51,655 nt of DNA from Elusimicrobiota bacterium (GTDB lineage: Bacteria > Elusimicrobiota > Elusimicrobia > Elusimicrobiales > UBA9959), in NCBI GenBank assembly GCA_037137395.1, contig JBAXKK010000006.1, forward strand, positions 1 to 51,655, given 5' to 3'. Each line of letters begins with the position of its first letter. The first letter of the stretch is position 1. A program made the translations under genes and the position numbers. This document shows positions 11,328 through 20,520 of this stretch, piece by piece. Under the pieces are notes generated by a model. The model was not told the origin of the DNA, made no database searches, and worked only from the letters and a program-made list of their open reading frames with translations.

Positions 11328-13562
11328 ATGAAAAGACTTCGTATCTTACTTGCGTGTCCGGCTATATTGGCGGTTGCCTCAATATCCTCCCAAGCCGCGG
11401 CGTCAGGTCCTGTTTATAAAAATGCCGGGGCTTCCGTGTCGGAGCGCGCATCCGACCTTCTTGGCAGAATGACCATTGAAGAGAAACTTGGGCAGCTTCA
11501 GCAGCTTGACGGCCATGCCGACGGGGCATACCGCGAGGAGCATCTTAAACTGGCCCGCGAAGGCCGCCTCGGTTCCACGCTAAACGTTCGTTTCGCCGGG
11601 AATGTTAATAAATTGCAGAAGGAGGCCGTTGAGAATTCACGCCTTGGCATTCCAATACTTTTCGCTTTTGATGTGATCCACGGGTTCAGGACTATTTTCC
11701 CTATTCCTCTCGGGGAAGCCGCGCAGTGGGACCCGGAACTGGCGGAGAGATCCGCCTCTGTCGCCGCGGCGGAATCTTACGCGGCCGGACTTAAATGGAC
11801 ATTCGCGCCGATGATAGATATCGCCAGAGATCCGCGCTGGGGCCGCATAGCGGAAAGCGCCGGAGAAGATCCGTATCTGGGGTCGGCTATGGCGGTCGCC
11901 AGAGTGCGCGGATTTCAGGGCTCGGATTTTGGCGCGCAGGGCAAAGTGATGGCCTGCGCGAAGCATTGGGTGGGATACGGAGCGGCGGAGGGCGGCAGGG
12001 ATTATAACAGCACCGACCTCTCGCAAACAGTTCTGCGCAATATTTATTATCCGCCTTTCAAAGCGGCCTTTGCGGCCGGCGCGGCTACCGTGATGAGCGC
12101 GTTTAACGATCTGAACGGCGTTCCGTCCAGCGCCAATAATTCAACTATCGGCGGTGTTTTGCGCGGGGAGTGGAAATTCAGCGGTTTTGTCGTAAGTGAT
12201 TATACTTCCGTAAAGGAGCTTATCGCCCACGGCCTTGCCGAAGACGGGGGCGACGCCGCTTTAAAAGCGCTGCGCTCCGGAATTGATATGGAAATGGTGA
12301 GCACTCTTTACCGGGACACAATTCCGGCGGCTCTGTCAGGGGGAAAGATTCCCGCTAAAACTCTTGATGATTCAGTGCGGCGCGTGCTGGAAGCCAAGTT
12401 CAGGGCTGGAATATTTGAGAATCCTTATATTGACCCGAAGCTGGAAGCGTCAGTCCTTAAAACCCCGCAGGCCCTTGAGTTAGCGGAGGAGGCAGCCCTT
12501 AGCTCTCTGGTACTCCTGAAGAACGAAGGCGGTTTGCTGCCTCTTAATCCGGCCGTAAAAAAGGTAGCGGTGATCGGCGCCCTAGCCGGCAGTCGGATTG
12601 ATATGTTGGGAAGCTGGTCAGGAGACGGTAAGGCGGAAGACGCTGTCACCCTGCTGGAAGGTATTAAGGAGACAGTGTCACCCGGCACCATCGTGGTTTA
12701 TTCCACTGGTTGTCCCGTAAACGGAGGGACCGATAAAGAATTGGAACAGGCGGTGGCCGCGGCCTCCGATGCTGATGTTATAGTCGCCGCCGTTGGAGAA
12801 TCAGCGGATATGAGCGGAGAGGCCGCTTCCCGCGCTTTTCTCTCTCTGCCGGGCCGGCAGCTGGAACTGCTTGAGCGGCTTAAAAAAACCGGGAAGCCGG
12901 TAGTGGTCGTTCTCTTTAACGGCAGGCCTTTGGAACTGGGCTGGCTGGACGCGAATGTTCCCGCTATTCTTGAGGCCTGGTATCCCGGAATCCGGGGTGG
13001 ACGGGTGGTGGCGCGGACCCTTTTCGGGCTGGCGAATCCGGGCGGAAAACTGCCTGTGACATTCCCACGCACGGTCGGCCAGGTTCCGCTTTACTATAAT
13101 CACCGTAGCACCGGGCGGCCGACCAGCCCCTCCGATAAATACACTTCCAAATATATAGATTCGCAGGTAGAGCCGTTATATCCCTTCGGTTATGGGCTTA
13201 GTTACAGTTCCTTCACGCTTTCCGGCCTTTCTCTGTCATCCGCTAAAATCGGCCCGGCCGGCGCCGTTGCCGTGAGAGTTGATATCTCAAATATATCGTC
13301 AAAGGCCGGAGACGAGGTCGTGCAGCTTTACATCCGCGATATCGCCGGTTCTGAAACCAGGCCCGTGCGCGAGTTGAAAGGGTTTAAGCGCGTGACGCTT
13401 GCTCCGGGTGAAAAGAAAAATGTGACATTTGATCTGGGGCCGGCCGAGTTAGGCTATTATTATTTTGGCGGCTTCGCCGTTGAACCCGGGGTGTTTAAGA
13501 TCTATGTAGCTACATCTTCCGCGGGGGGGCTTGAGGCTATGCTGGAGGTTTCCGATAAATGA
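11328..13562 (+). CDS. Secreted/periplasmic GH3 beta-glucosidase (BglX-like)
   Basis: Signal peptide; DVIHG, ARDPRWGR, KHW, VSDY nucleophile, SGEAASR, YPFGYGLSY, Fn3-like EVVQLY/ELKGF. Confidence 0.93.
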   Translation: MKRLRILLACPAILAVASISSQAAASGPVYKNAGASVSERASDLLGRMTIEEKLGQLQQLDGHADGAYREEHLKLAREGRLGSTLNVRFAGNVNKLQKEAVENSRLGIPILFAFDVIHGFRTIFPIPLGEAAQWDPELAERSASVAAAESYAAGLKWTFAPMIDIARDPRWGRIAESAGEDPYLGSAMAVARVRGFQGSDFGAQGKVMACAKHWVGYGAAEGGRDYNSTDLSQTVLRNIYYPPFKAAFAAGAATVMSAFNDLNGVPSSANNSTIGGVLRGEWKFSGFVVSDYTSVKELIAHGLAEDGGDAALKALRSGIDMEMVSTLYRDTIPAALSGGKIPAKTLDDSVRRVLEAKFRAGIFENPYIDPKLEASVLKTPQALELAEEAALSSLVLLKNEGGLLPLNPAVKKVAVIGALAGSRIDMLGSWSGDGKAEDAVTLLEGIKETVSPGTIVVYSTGCPVNGGTDKELEQAVAAASDADVIVAAVGESADMSGEAASRAFLSLPGRQLELLERLKKTGKPVVVVLFNGRPLELGWLDANVPAILEAWYPGIRGGRVVARTLFGLANPGGKLPVTFPRTVGQVPLYYNHRSTGRPTSPSDKYTSKYIDSQVEPLYPFGYGLSYSSFTLSGLSLSSAKIGPAGAVAVRVDISNISSKAGDEVVQLYIRDIAGSETRPVRELKGFKRVTLAPGEKKNVTFDLGPAELGYYYFGGFAVEPGVFKIYVATSSAGGLEAMLEVSDK

Positions 13563-14863
13563 AAATATTTTTATTGACCATGTTATTTATTCCCGCGGCC
13601 TTATCGGTTCCCTCAGAGGCTTCCGGTGAGCCTGTATATGGCAAGACTTCAATTTCAAGCGCCGCCGCCGTGGAATCTGACGACGCGTTCCTGGAAGATT
13701 TATCCCGCCGCTCTTTCCGGTTTTTTATAGATAATGCCGATCCCAAAACAGGTCTTGTGCTGGATCGGGCCCGCGCTGACGGCTCATCCGGTGATACAAA
13801 CCACGCTTCCGCGGCCAGTATCGCTTCCACAGGCTTTGGCCTCTCGGCTCTGTGTATCGGGGCGCAACGCGGCTGGATGGATCCCGGCGAGGCCGCGTCC
13901 CGCGCGTCTAAAACTCTGGAATTTTTTGCCGAAAAAGCTTATAACACGCACGGCTGGTTTTATCACTGGATGGACGCGGGTACCGGCGAAAGAATATGGG
14001 GCAGTGAAGTATCGTCCATAGATACGGCAATCCTTCTGGCCGGAGTTCTGACGGCTAAACAATGTTTTTCCTCCGATAGCAGGGTTGGCGCGCTGGCCGA
14101 TAAGATCTACCGGCGCGTGGATTTTAAATGGATGCTGAACGGCGATAAAAATATACTTTCGCACGGTTGGAGGCCGGAAACCGGATTTATTCCCCATAGA
14201 TGGGAAATCCATTCGGAAGCGATGCTCTTATATTTGCTGGGAATCGGTTCTCCTTCTTTTCCGTTATCAGCCTCATCCTGGCGCGCGTGGAAACGCCCTG
14301 TGCTGGAATATGGGGATTTCCGGTATATAAGCGGAGCCGAGCCTCTTTTCATTCATCAATACTCCCAGGCGTGGATAAATTTCAGGGGCAGAAAGGACAA
14401 AGGGACGGACTGGTTTGATAATTCAGTCAGGGCTACGAAAGCTAACCGGCAGATGTGTCTTGATTTAGCGATCCGCTTTCCGGGTTATACCGCTGATATC
14501 TGGGGCATAACCGCGTCCGACGGCGCTTCCGGTTATATGGTCTGGGGCGGGCCCCTTCCCACCTCCAATATTGACGGGACGGTGGCACCTAGCGCTGCGG
14601 GTGGCTCTCTCATGTTAACTCCGGAGATAGCCCTTCCCGCGCTTAAAGCGATGAAGAATACTTATGGGGACCGTCTCTACAATATCTACGGTTTTACCAA
14701 CGCTTTTAATCCGTCCAACGGCTGGTTTGACGCTGATGTTATAGGGATAGACACCGGTATTATACTGCTAAGTGCCGAAAATCTCCGTTCCGGTTCGGTG
14801 TGGATGTGGTTTATGGCTAATCCCGAGGTAACAGCCGCGTTGAAAACTGCCGGTGTGAATTGA
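13559..14863 (+). CDS. Secreted GH144 / glucoamylase-like protein (putative endo-beta-1,2-glucanase)
   Basis: Signal peptide; SIASTGFGL, GWFYHW, EVSSIDTA, LFIHQYS, WGITASD, IGIDTG; ATGA-coupled to the GH3 gene. Confidence 0.8.
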   Translation: MKIFLLTMLFIPAALSVPSEASGEPVYGKTSISSAAAVESDDAFLEDLSRRSFRFFIDNADPKTGLVLDRARADGSSGDTNHASAASIASTGFGLSALCIGAQRGWMDPGEAASRASKTLEFFAEKAYNTHGWFYHWMDAGTGERIWGSEVSSIDTAILLAGVLTAKQCFSSDSRVGALADKIYRRVDFKWMLNGDKNILSHGWRPETGFIPHRWEIHSEAMLLYLLGIGSPSFPLSASSWRAWKRPVLEYGDFRYISGAEPLFIHQYSQAWINFRGRKDKGTDWFDNSVRATKANRQMCLDLAIRFPGYTADIWGITASDGASGYMVWGGPLPTSNIDGTVAPSAAGGSLMLTPEIALPALKAMKNTYGDRLYNIYGFTNAFNPSNGWFDADVIGIDTGIILLSAENLRSGSVWMWFMANPEVTAALKTAGVN

Positions 14864-14926
14864 CAGATTTTTTTATACAATCTGAATATTGTGCATGCAG
14901 TGTGGCGAGATCTGGCCGACAAATAA

Positions 14927-15349
14927 AAATATGATAAAAAGCCAAATCCTTCCGTCGGCGGGCTTTTGCGGAGCATCGGAGGCCTGATTAATATTGCCCG
15001 AAAGGCGGACGAGAGAGAGATGTTTGACGATCGAATCCTGGGCAGCGGTGAATTTGTCGAGAGTATTATTAAGGAAGTTGGTGGCGAGCAATTCCGTGTC
15101 CAGATAACAAAAGAAGATGTCTTGCGCGAAGTGGAGCGCGTTACGGGAGTAACCAAGGCAGATTTGCTTAGTACCGGCAGGCAGCCGCGGATAGCGCGCG
15201 GGAGGGCATTATATTGCTATCTGCGCAAAACGGCGGGCGGGGTGAGCGGCGCGGCATTAATGAGAGAGCTTAAGATAAGCTCCGGCGCCGCTTCATACCT
15301 TGCGCATAAGGGCCGGGAGATAGCAAAGCAGGAGCAATTAAGCGTTTAA
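14927..15349 (+). pseudogene. C-terminal remnant of a REP-associated tyrosine transposase (RAYT, IS200-like)
   Basis: GGLLRSIGG...DDRILGSGEFVESI plus C-terminal HTH; in-frame TAA at 14924; no HUH/Y1 N-terminal domain; followed by AACGTCCCC. Confidence 0.7.
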
Positions 15350-15419
15350 GCAACGTCCCCTAAGGCCCCCCCTTAATTACGTCCGCTGCAACATACTCTT
15401 CTGAAGCCCCCCCGCGTAT

Positions 15420-15454
15420 AGTCATATTGACATGACTTTACAAATTGGTAGAAT
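15420..15454 (+). promoter_or_regulatory. Sigma70 promoter with overlapping palindromic operator-like site
   Basis: TTGACA(15427)-N16-TAGAAT(15449) with extended -10 TG; AGTCAT-N6-ATGACT straddles the -35. Confidence 0.7.
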
Positions 15455-15459
15455 AAGGT

Positions 15460-16632
15460 ATGCCTGAAAACACTCATGATCCCAAACACCCTCTCCGCCG
15501 CTATCTGTGGGCGTCCGTGAATGAAGATTTATCCAAGAAGATGGTATTCATCGGCGGGCCGCGCCAAGTCGGTAAAACCACCTTCGCCCTCAGCTTCCTG
15601 AAGACCCCGCCGAAAAACGAGACGCATCCGGCTTATCTGAACTGGGATCGGAGCGAACATCGGGAACGGCTATTAGGCGGAGAGCTGCCCGCCAACGAAA
15701 AGATTATACTTCTCGACGAAATCCATAAGTTTGCGCGCTGGCGCAATCTTGTTAAAGGATTTTACGACACGCGAAAATCAAAGCGCTCCATTATCGTCAC
15801 CGGCTCCGCCCGGCTGGATTATTATCGCAAAGGCGGCGATTCCCTCCAGGGGCGATACCACTACTACCGGCTGCATCCCATCTCACTGCGCGAGTTGGAT
15901 CCGTCAGCTAACGCCAAGACGGTTCAGCAGCTGCTCCGCTTTGGCGGTTTTCCTGAGCCGTTGTTCGCTGGCAGCGACCGGGAACATCGCCGCTGGCAAA
16001 AAGAGCAGCAGGATCAGGTTCTCCGCGATGATTTGCGTGACCTGGAGCGGGTTAGGGAAGTGTCCCTGATTGAACTCCTCGTTCATCATCTTCCGAACTG
16101 TGTGGGCTCCCCCCTTTCGGTAAAGAATTTAAGCGGGCTTCTGCAGGTGTCTTATGACTCAGCAGAACGCTGGTTGACAATTCTTGAAAGACTTTATGTT
16201 TGCTTCCGCATCTCCCCCTACGGAAGCTCGCGGATTCGGGCGGTGAAGAAAGAACGCAAGCTCTATCTATGGGACTGGTCCCAGGCGCCGGCGGGAGGGC
16301 CGCGCTTTGAAAATATGGTTGCCTCACAACTCCTTAAATATTGCCACTGGCTGGAGGACACACGGGGTCTGCGCATGGAATTGCGTTATCTGCGCGACAC
16401 CGATAAGCGCGAGGTAGACTTTGTGGTTCTGCGCGACGGTGTGGCGGAGTTCGCCGTAGAATGTAAGACCGGCGAACGTGCGGTATCGCCGGCATGTATT
16501 TATTTTAAGGAACGCACTGAAATTCCTGCCTTCTATCAGGTGCACATCGGGTCCAAGGATTTTACGCACGCCAGCAGCGGCGTACGAGTCCTTCCTTTTG
16601 AGCGTTTTTGTAAGGAACTGGATCTCCCGTAG
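15460..16632 (+). CDS. AAA+ ATPase (AAA_14) with C-terminal DUF4143 / PD-(D/E)xK-like domain
   Basis: GPRQVGKT, LLDEIHK, VTGS, DSLQGR, FGGFPEP, FENMV, EVDFVV...AVECK. Confidence 0.9.
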   Translation: MPENTHDPKHPLRRYLWASVNEDLSKKMVFIGGPRQVGKTTFALSFLKTPPKNETHPAYLNWDRSEHRERLLGGELPANEKIILLDEIHKFARWRNLVKGFYDTRKSKRSIIVTGSARLDYYRKGGDSLQGRYHYYRLHPISLRELDPSANAKTVQQLLRFGGFPEPLFAGSDREHRRWQKEQQDQVLRDDLRDLERVREVSLIELLVHHLPNCVGSPLSVKNLSGLLQVSYDSAERWLTILERLYVCFRISPYGSSRIRAVKKERKLYLWDWSQAPAGGPRFENMVASQLLKYCHWLEDTRGLRMELRYLRDTDKREVDFVVLRDGVAEFAVECKTGERAVSPACIYFKERTEIPAFYQVHIGSKDFTHASSGVRVLPFERFCKELDLP

Positions 16633-16686
16633 CGCGCGGTCGTTATAGACGGCGTCGGATGTCCGTTTTTTAATATAATAAGTATC

Positions 16687-16956
16687 GTGCATACCAAGAT
16701 AAAACAGCTTGAAGAACTGGTGGATGGCTCGATCGCCCTCATAAAGAAGCTTGAGGACGATAACGCCGTGTTAAAACAGCAGGTGGATGCGCTAACCGCC
16801 GACCGCGGGAAGATATTAAAAAATTCAGCTGGCGTCAGGGAGCTGGCGGAGTTTAAGAGCCGGATAAAAAAGAAGCTTTCCCGGTTGACCGCCAGGATAG
16901 ATAAAGCCATAACTTTACAGGACACGCTTTTCCCGGAGGATTCGGATGCAGAATAA
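16687..16956 (+). CDS. Coiled-coil protein, ZapB-like
   Basis: Heptad-rich 89 aa directly upstream of and overlapping zapA. Confidence 0.65.
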   Translation: MHTKIKQLEELVDGSIALIKKLEDDNAVLKQQVDALTADRGKILKNSAGVRELAEFKSRIKKKLSRLTARIDKAITLQDTLFPEDSDAE

Positions 16957-17245
16957 CGAAGTCGTAATAAAGATCCGGGGACGCTCTATCAGTATGGCAG
17001 TGGACGGCCTCACGGAACTGGAGGTCGGCGGTATTGCAGACCAAGTTGGGGAAAAAATGGAGGCAATAGAGGAGAAAACCAAGATTGCCGACACCTCCAA
17101 GCTGTCCATTCTGGCCGCCATGGAATTTGCCATAGAATTACACAACCTGAAACAAAAATCCGAGAACACTACCGAAGCCGACTCGCGTAAAATATCGGAT
17201 CTGGTCGCCAAGCTTGAAGGCGCCATGGACAAACAATTGTTCTGA
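16946..17245 (+). CDS. zapA: Cell division protein ZapA
   Basis: VVIKIRGRSI, IADQVGEKM, LSILAAMEFAIEL, C-terminal coiled coil. Confidence 0.85.
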   Translation: MQNNEVVIKIRGRSISMAVDGLTELEVGGIADQVGEKMEAIEEKTKIADTSKLSILAAMEFAIELHNLKQKSENTTEADSRKISDLVAKLEGAMDKQLF

Positions 17246-17280
17246 TTCCGGCGCTTCGTGCCGAAATCAGAAGCAATTGT
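17233..17280 (+). terminator. Long hairpin overlapping the zapA stop (possible terminator)
   Basis: ACAATTG-TTCTGATT-CCGGCGC-TTC-GTGCCG-AAATCAGAA-GCAATTGT; no clear U-tract. Confidence 0.4.
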
Positions 17281-17459
17281 CATAGGCCGTATGCGATAAG
17301 CAGTGTGCCATAGGCCGTAGTTTTAACGCCGTTAGCCGTTCGCCATTGGCCATACGCAGAATAACAGCCGCCATTTGCTTTATGCCATTAGCCATCAGCT
17401 TAGTAAGGAAGTTCCTTTACGGTTTCTGCGAATGGCATAGAGCAAATGGCGAATAGCAA
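17281..17459. repeat. Inverted heptamer array (GCCRTNN family) with GTAAGGAAGTTCCTTTAC loop
   Basis: GCCGTTA GCCGTTC GCCATTG GCCATAC ... GCCATTA GCCATCA ... GCGAATG GCATAGA GCAAATG GCGAATA GC. Confidence 0.8.
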
Positions 17460-17488
17460 TAAAATATTGGTTGTCTTAAATTATAATT

Positions 17489-18814
17489 ATGCCCGATTCT
17501 CTTTTTGAGGAAACCACCGGAGCCGCGCCCGCAGAAGAGGCCGCGCCGCTGGCGGCCAGGTTAGCCCCTCTGGAATTGGATGAGTTCTCCGGGCAGGAAC
17601 ATATCCTTGGTCCCGGCAAACTTCTGCGCCGCGCTATTATGGCGGACAGCCTTCAGTCAGCGGTGTTCTACGGCCCGTCAGGTTCGGGCAAGACCGCGCT
17701 CGCGGGCTATATCGCCTCCAGGACTAAAGCGCGCACTTTTGAGTTGAACGCGGTTACGGCAGGCGTGGCGGAGCTTAAAAAAATACTGGAATTTTCAAAA
17801 GGCCTGACCGGCGGCTTTGCCAAAAAACAGCGAGTCCTTCTTATCCTGGACGAGATACACCATTTTAACCGCACCCAGCAGGATGTGCTGTTGCCCTCTG
17901 TGGAAAAGGGCGATGTCATACTTATCGGTATGACCACGGAAAACCCTTTTTTCTACATAAACGGGGCGCTGCTTTCGCGGTCCATAGTGGTGGAATTTAA
18001 AACTCTGGATGAAGGTCATCTGCGCAAGATCCTGGACCGCGCTCTGGCGGAAGAGAGGGGACTTAAAAGCTTTAATGCTGAACTGAGCAAAGAGGCGGCC
18101 GATTATCTGGTGTCCAATTCCATGGGAGACGCCCGGCGGCTGCTGAACGCTCTTGAGCTAGCCGTAGTTACTACCGAGCCTGACGCGGGCGGAAAGCGCT
18201 CCATAGATTTGGATACCGCGAGGGAATCCATACAGCGGCGCAGCCTGCGTTACGATAAGAGCTCAGACGAGCATTACGACCATATTTCAGCCTTCATAAA
18301 ATCCATGCGCGGCTCCGACCCCGACGCCGCGGTCTACTGGCTGGCCAGGATGCTGGAAGCCGGCGAGGATCCCCGCTTTCTCGCACGCCGGATACTCATT
18401 TGCGCGTCCGAGGATGTCGGCAACGCCAATCCCATGGCTCTGCTGGTGGCGCAGAGCGCTTTTAAGTCCGTGGAAATGCTTGGCATGCCGGAAAGCCGCA
18501 TTACGCTGGCCCAAGCCGCCATCTATGTGGCGGTTTCGCCCAAATCCAACGCCTCTTACATGGCCATCAATAAGGCCATGGCTGAAATAACCAACGGCCC
18601 GGAGCGGCCGGTGCCCATGCATTTGCGCGACGCGTCCCGTGACGGCGAAGCTCTGGGGCATGGCAAGGGCTACAAGTACCCGCACGATTTCCCCAACCAT
18701 TATGTTAAGCAGGAGTATATGCCCGAGCCCAGAAGATTTTACAAGCCGACCGAGCAGGGGTTTGAGGCTGAGATAGGCAAAAGGCTGGCCCGGCTCAGGG
18801 GAGAAGACAAGTAG
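17489..18814 (+). CDS. rarA: Replication-associated recombination protein A (RarA/MgsA)
   Basis: PLAARL, GPSGSGKT, LDEIHHFNRTQQD, TTENP, HYDHISAFIKSMRGSDPDAA, YKYPHD. Confidence 0.97.
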   Translation: MPDSLFEETTGAAPAEEAAPLAARLAPLELDEFSGQEHILGPGKLLRRAIMADSLQSAVFYGPSGSGKTALAGYIASRTKARTFELNAVTAGVAELKKILEFSKGLTGGFAKKQRVLLILDEIHHFNRTQQDVLLPSVEKGDVILIGMTTENPFFYINGALLSRSIVVEFKTLDEGHLRKILDRALAEERGLKSFNAELSKEAADYLVSNSMGDARRLLNALELAVVTTEPDAGGKRSIDLDTARESIQRRSLRYDKSSDEHYDHISAFIKSMRGSDPDAAVYWLARMLEAGEDPRFLARRILICASEDVGNANPMALLVAQSAFKSVEMLGMPESRITLAQAAIYVAVSPKSNASYMAINKAMAEITNGPERPVPMHLRDASRDGEALGHGKGYKYPHDFPNHYVKQEYMPEPRRFYKPTEQGFEAEIGKRLARLRGEDK

Positions 18815-18815
18815 C

Positions 18816-18891
18816 TAGATGTAAAGCCGCTTGGAGGTAAAGCAGTTTAGCTTGAGGACTTTGCATCCTTACCTCCAGATCGCTTTGCCTC
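18816..18891. repeat. Inverted 8/16-nt period array
   Basis: TAGATGTAAAGCCGCT TGGAGGTAAAGCAGTT ... TTTGCATC CTTACCTC CAGATCGC TTTGCCTC; shares AGATGTAAAGC with 30381-30472. Confidence 0.7.
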
Positions 18892-18900
18892 TTAATTATC

Positions 18901-20115
18901 ATGGAACCTAAAATTTATTCCGTCGGCGAACTCAGCCAGGGCATAAAGTGCCTGCTTGAAACTTCTTTTCGCGAGATCTGGGTGGAGGGGGAAATTTCAG
19001 GTCTCAAGATCTCGTCCCTGGGCCATACCTATTTCGATCTGAAAGACGCCGTTTCAAATATCTCGGCCGTGATGTTCCGCGGCTTTGCCACGGGCCTCAA
19101 GTTTGACCTGGAAAACGGCCTCCTGGTGCGAGTGCGCGGCAACATAACCACTTACGACAAGCAGAGCAAGTATCAGCTTATGGCTCGCGAGATACAGCCC
19201 GCGGGCCAGGGACCGCTGCAGCTTGCCTTTGAGCAGTTAAAGAAGAAGCTGCAGAGCGAGGGCCTGTTCGATGCCGCCAGAAAGCGCCCCATTCCCGCTC
19301 TGCCGCAGAAAATAGGAGTGGTCACTTCTCCCACGGGGGCCGCCATAAGGGACATACTTTCCATACTCAAACGCCGCTACGCCAATCTGCACATAATAAT
19401 AGCGCCGGTAAAGGTTCAGGGTGCTGGTTCCAAAGAAGAGATAGCCCAGGCCATAAAAGATCTGAATGAAATACCTGATATAGATGTGATGCTGGTGGGC
19501 CGCGGTGGCGGCTCAATGGAAGACCTATGGGCGTTTAACGAGGAAATAGTGGCCAGGGCCATCGCTGGTTCAAGAATACCAGTTATCTCCTGCGTGGGGC
19601 ACGAAACCGATTTTACCATAGCCGACTTTGTCGCAGATTTGCGCGCGCCCACCCCTTCGGCCGCGGCTGAGCTGGTGGTTAAAAGCAAGGTGGAGCTGGC
19701 CGCCAGCATCGCCGGGCTTGAAAAGCGTCTGCTGCAGTCGCTGCGAATTTATTATGAAAATCTCTCCGGCAAGTTCAGGCGCCTGGCCGCAAGCCGGGCG
19801 CTTGTAAACCCGCTGTATCTGCTTGAAAGGCCGGTGCAGCGGCTTGACAGGGCTGCTGAAGGACTATTTGACGGCGCCGCCGACAAGATACGCCGCTGCG
19901 AAGAAAAACTTAACTTGGCCAGGGAAAAACTTAAGGCCCTGAGTCCGCTTTTCCCTCTTAAAAAGGGTTACGCCATAATTAAAAAAGCAGACGGCAAGGC
20001 TGTTAAAAAAGCGGCCGACCTGAGCGTCGGAGACCGGCTTTCGCTGCAGTTCGCCGAGGGCAGGGCGGTGGCAGAAGTCGTGAGCGCGGCGGAAGTCGTG
20101 AAGCGGGAAGCGTAA
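18901..20115 (+). CDS. xseA: Exodeoxyribonuclease VII large subunit
   Basis: WVEGEIS, YFDLKD, VTSPTGAAIRD, RGGGSMEDLWAFNEE, GHETD, APTPSAAAE. Confidence 0.98.
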   Translation: MEPKIYSVGELSQGIKCLLETSFREIWVEGEISGLKISSLGHTYFDLKDAVSNISAVMFRGFATGLKFDLENGLLVRVRGNITTYDKQSKYQLMAREIQPAGQGPLQLAFEQLKKKLQSEGLFDAARKRPIPALPQKIGVVTSPTGAAIRDILSILKRRYANLHIIIAPVKVQGAGSKEEIAQAIKDLNEIPDIDVMLVGRGGGSMEDLWAFNEEIVARAIAGSRIPVISCVGHETDFTIADFVADLRAPTPSAAAELVVKSKVELAASIAGLEKRLLQSLRIYYENLSGKFRRLAASRALVNPLYLLERPVQRLDRAAEGLFDGAADKIRRCEEKLNLAREKLKALSPLFPLKKGYAIIKKADGKAVKKAADLSVGDRLSLQFAEGRAVAEVVSAAEVVKREA

Positions 20116-20203
20116 AGCGGAAAGAGTATCAGGCGAGAATTAAAGATTTAAGATTGACTATTGACTATTTACGCTTCCCGATTTACGCTTTACGATTCAC
20201 GAT
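20074..20203. repeat. Inverted heptamer array (CGTNAAG / CTTNACG family) overlapping the xseA 3' end
   Basis: CGTGAAG CGGGAAG CGTAAAG CGGAAAG ... ATTTACG CTTCCCG ATTTACG CTTTACG ATTCACG. Confidence 0.82.
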
Positions 20204-20222
20204 GTAAGAAAGAGGAGACTTT

Positions 20223-20483
20223 ATGGTAAAAAAAGAAAAGACCGCCGGTTTTGAAGAAAAACTGGGCAAACTTGAAGAAATCGTGGGCAAGCTTGAAGAC
20301 GAAAGCACGCCTATAGAAGAATCACTGGCCATTTTTGAGGAAGGCGTAGTGATCTCAAAGGAACTTTCAGAAAAGCTGGAAGAGATCAGGCGTAAGATAG
20401 AAGTTTTAAAAAAAGACGCCGAAGGCAAATTAAAGCTCAGTAAGTTTGAAGACGAGGAAGAGAACGAAGACCGCTTGAAATAA
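20223..20483 (+). CDS. xseB: Exodeoxyribonuclease VII small subunit
   Basis: FEEKLGKLEEIVGKLE...IEESLAIFEEG; follows xseA; GAGGAG SD. Confidence 0.95.
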   Translation: MVKKEKTAGFEEKLGKLEEIVGKLEDESTPIEESLAIFEEGVVISKELSEKLEEIRRKIEVLKKDAEGKLKLSKFEDEEENEDRLK

Positions 20484-20520
20484 TCACTCGCGGCCTTATC
20501 GGCGTAAATATTATTCAATC

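Noticed and set aside
17246..17488. 6S RNA expected after zapA
   Set aside because: The region holds a short hairpin and a heptamer array; no 6S-like rod with central bubble recognised
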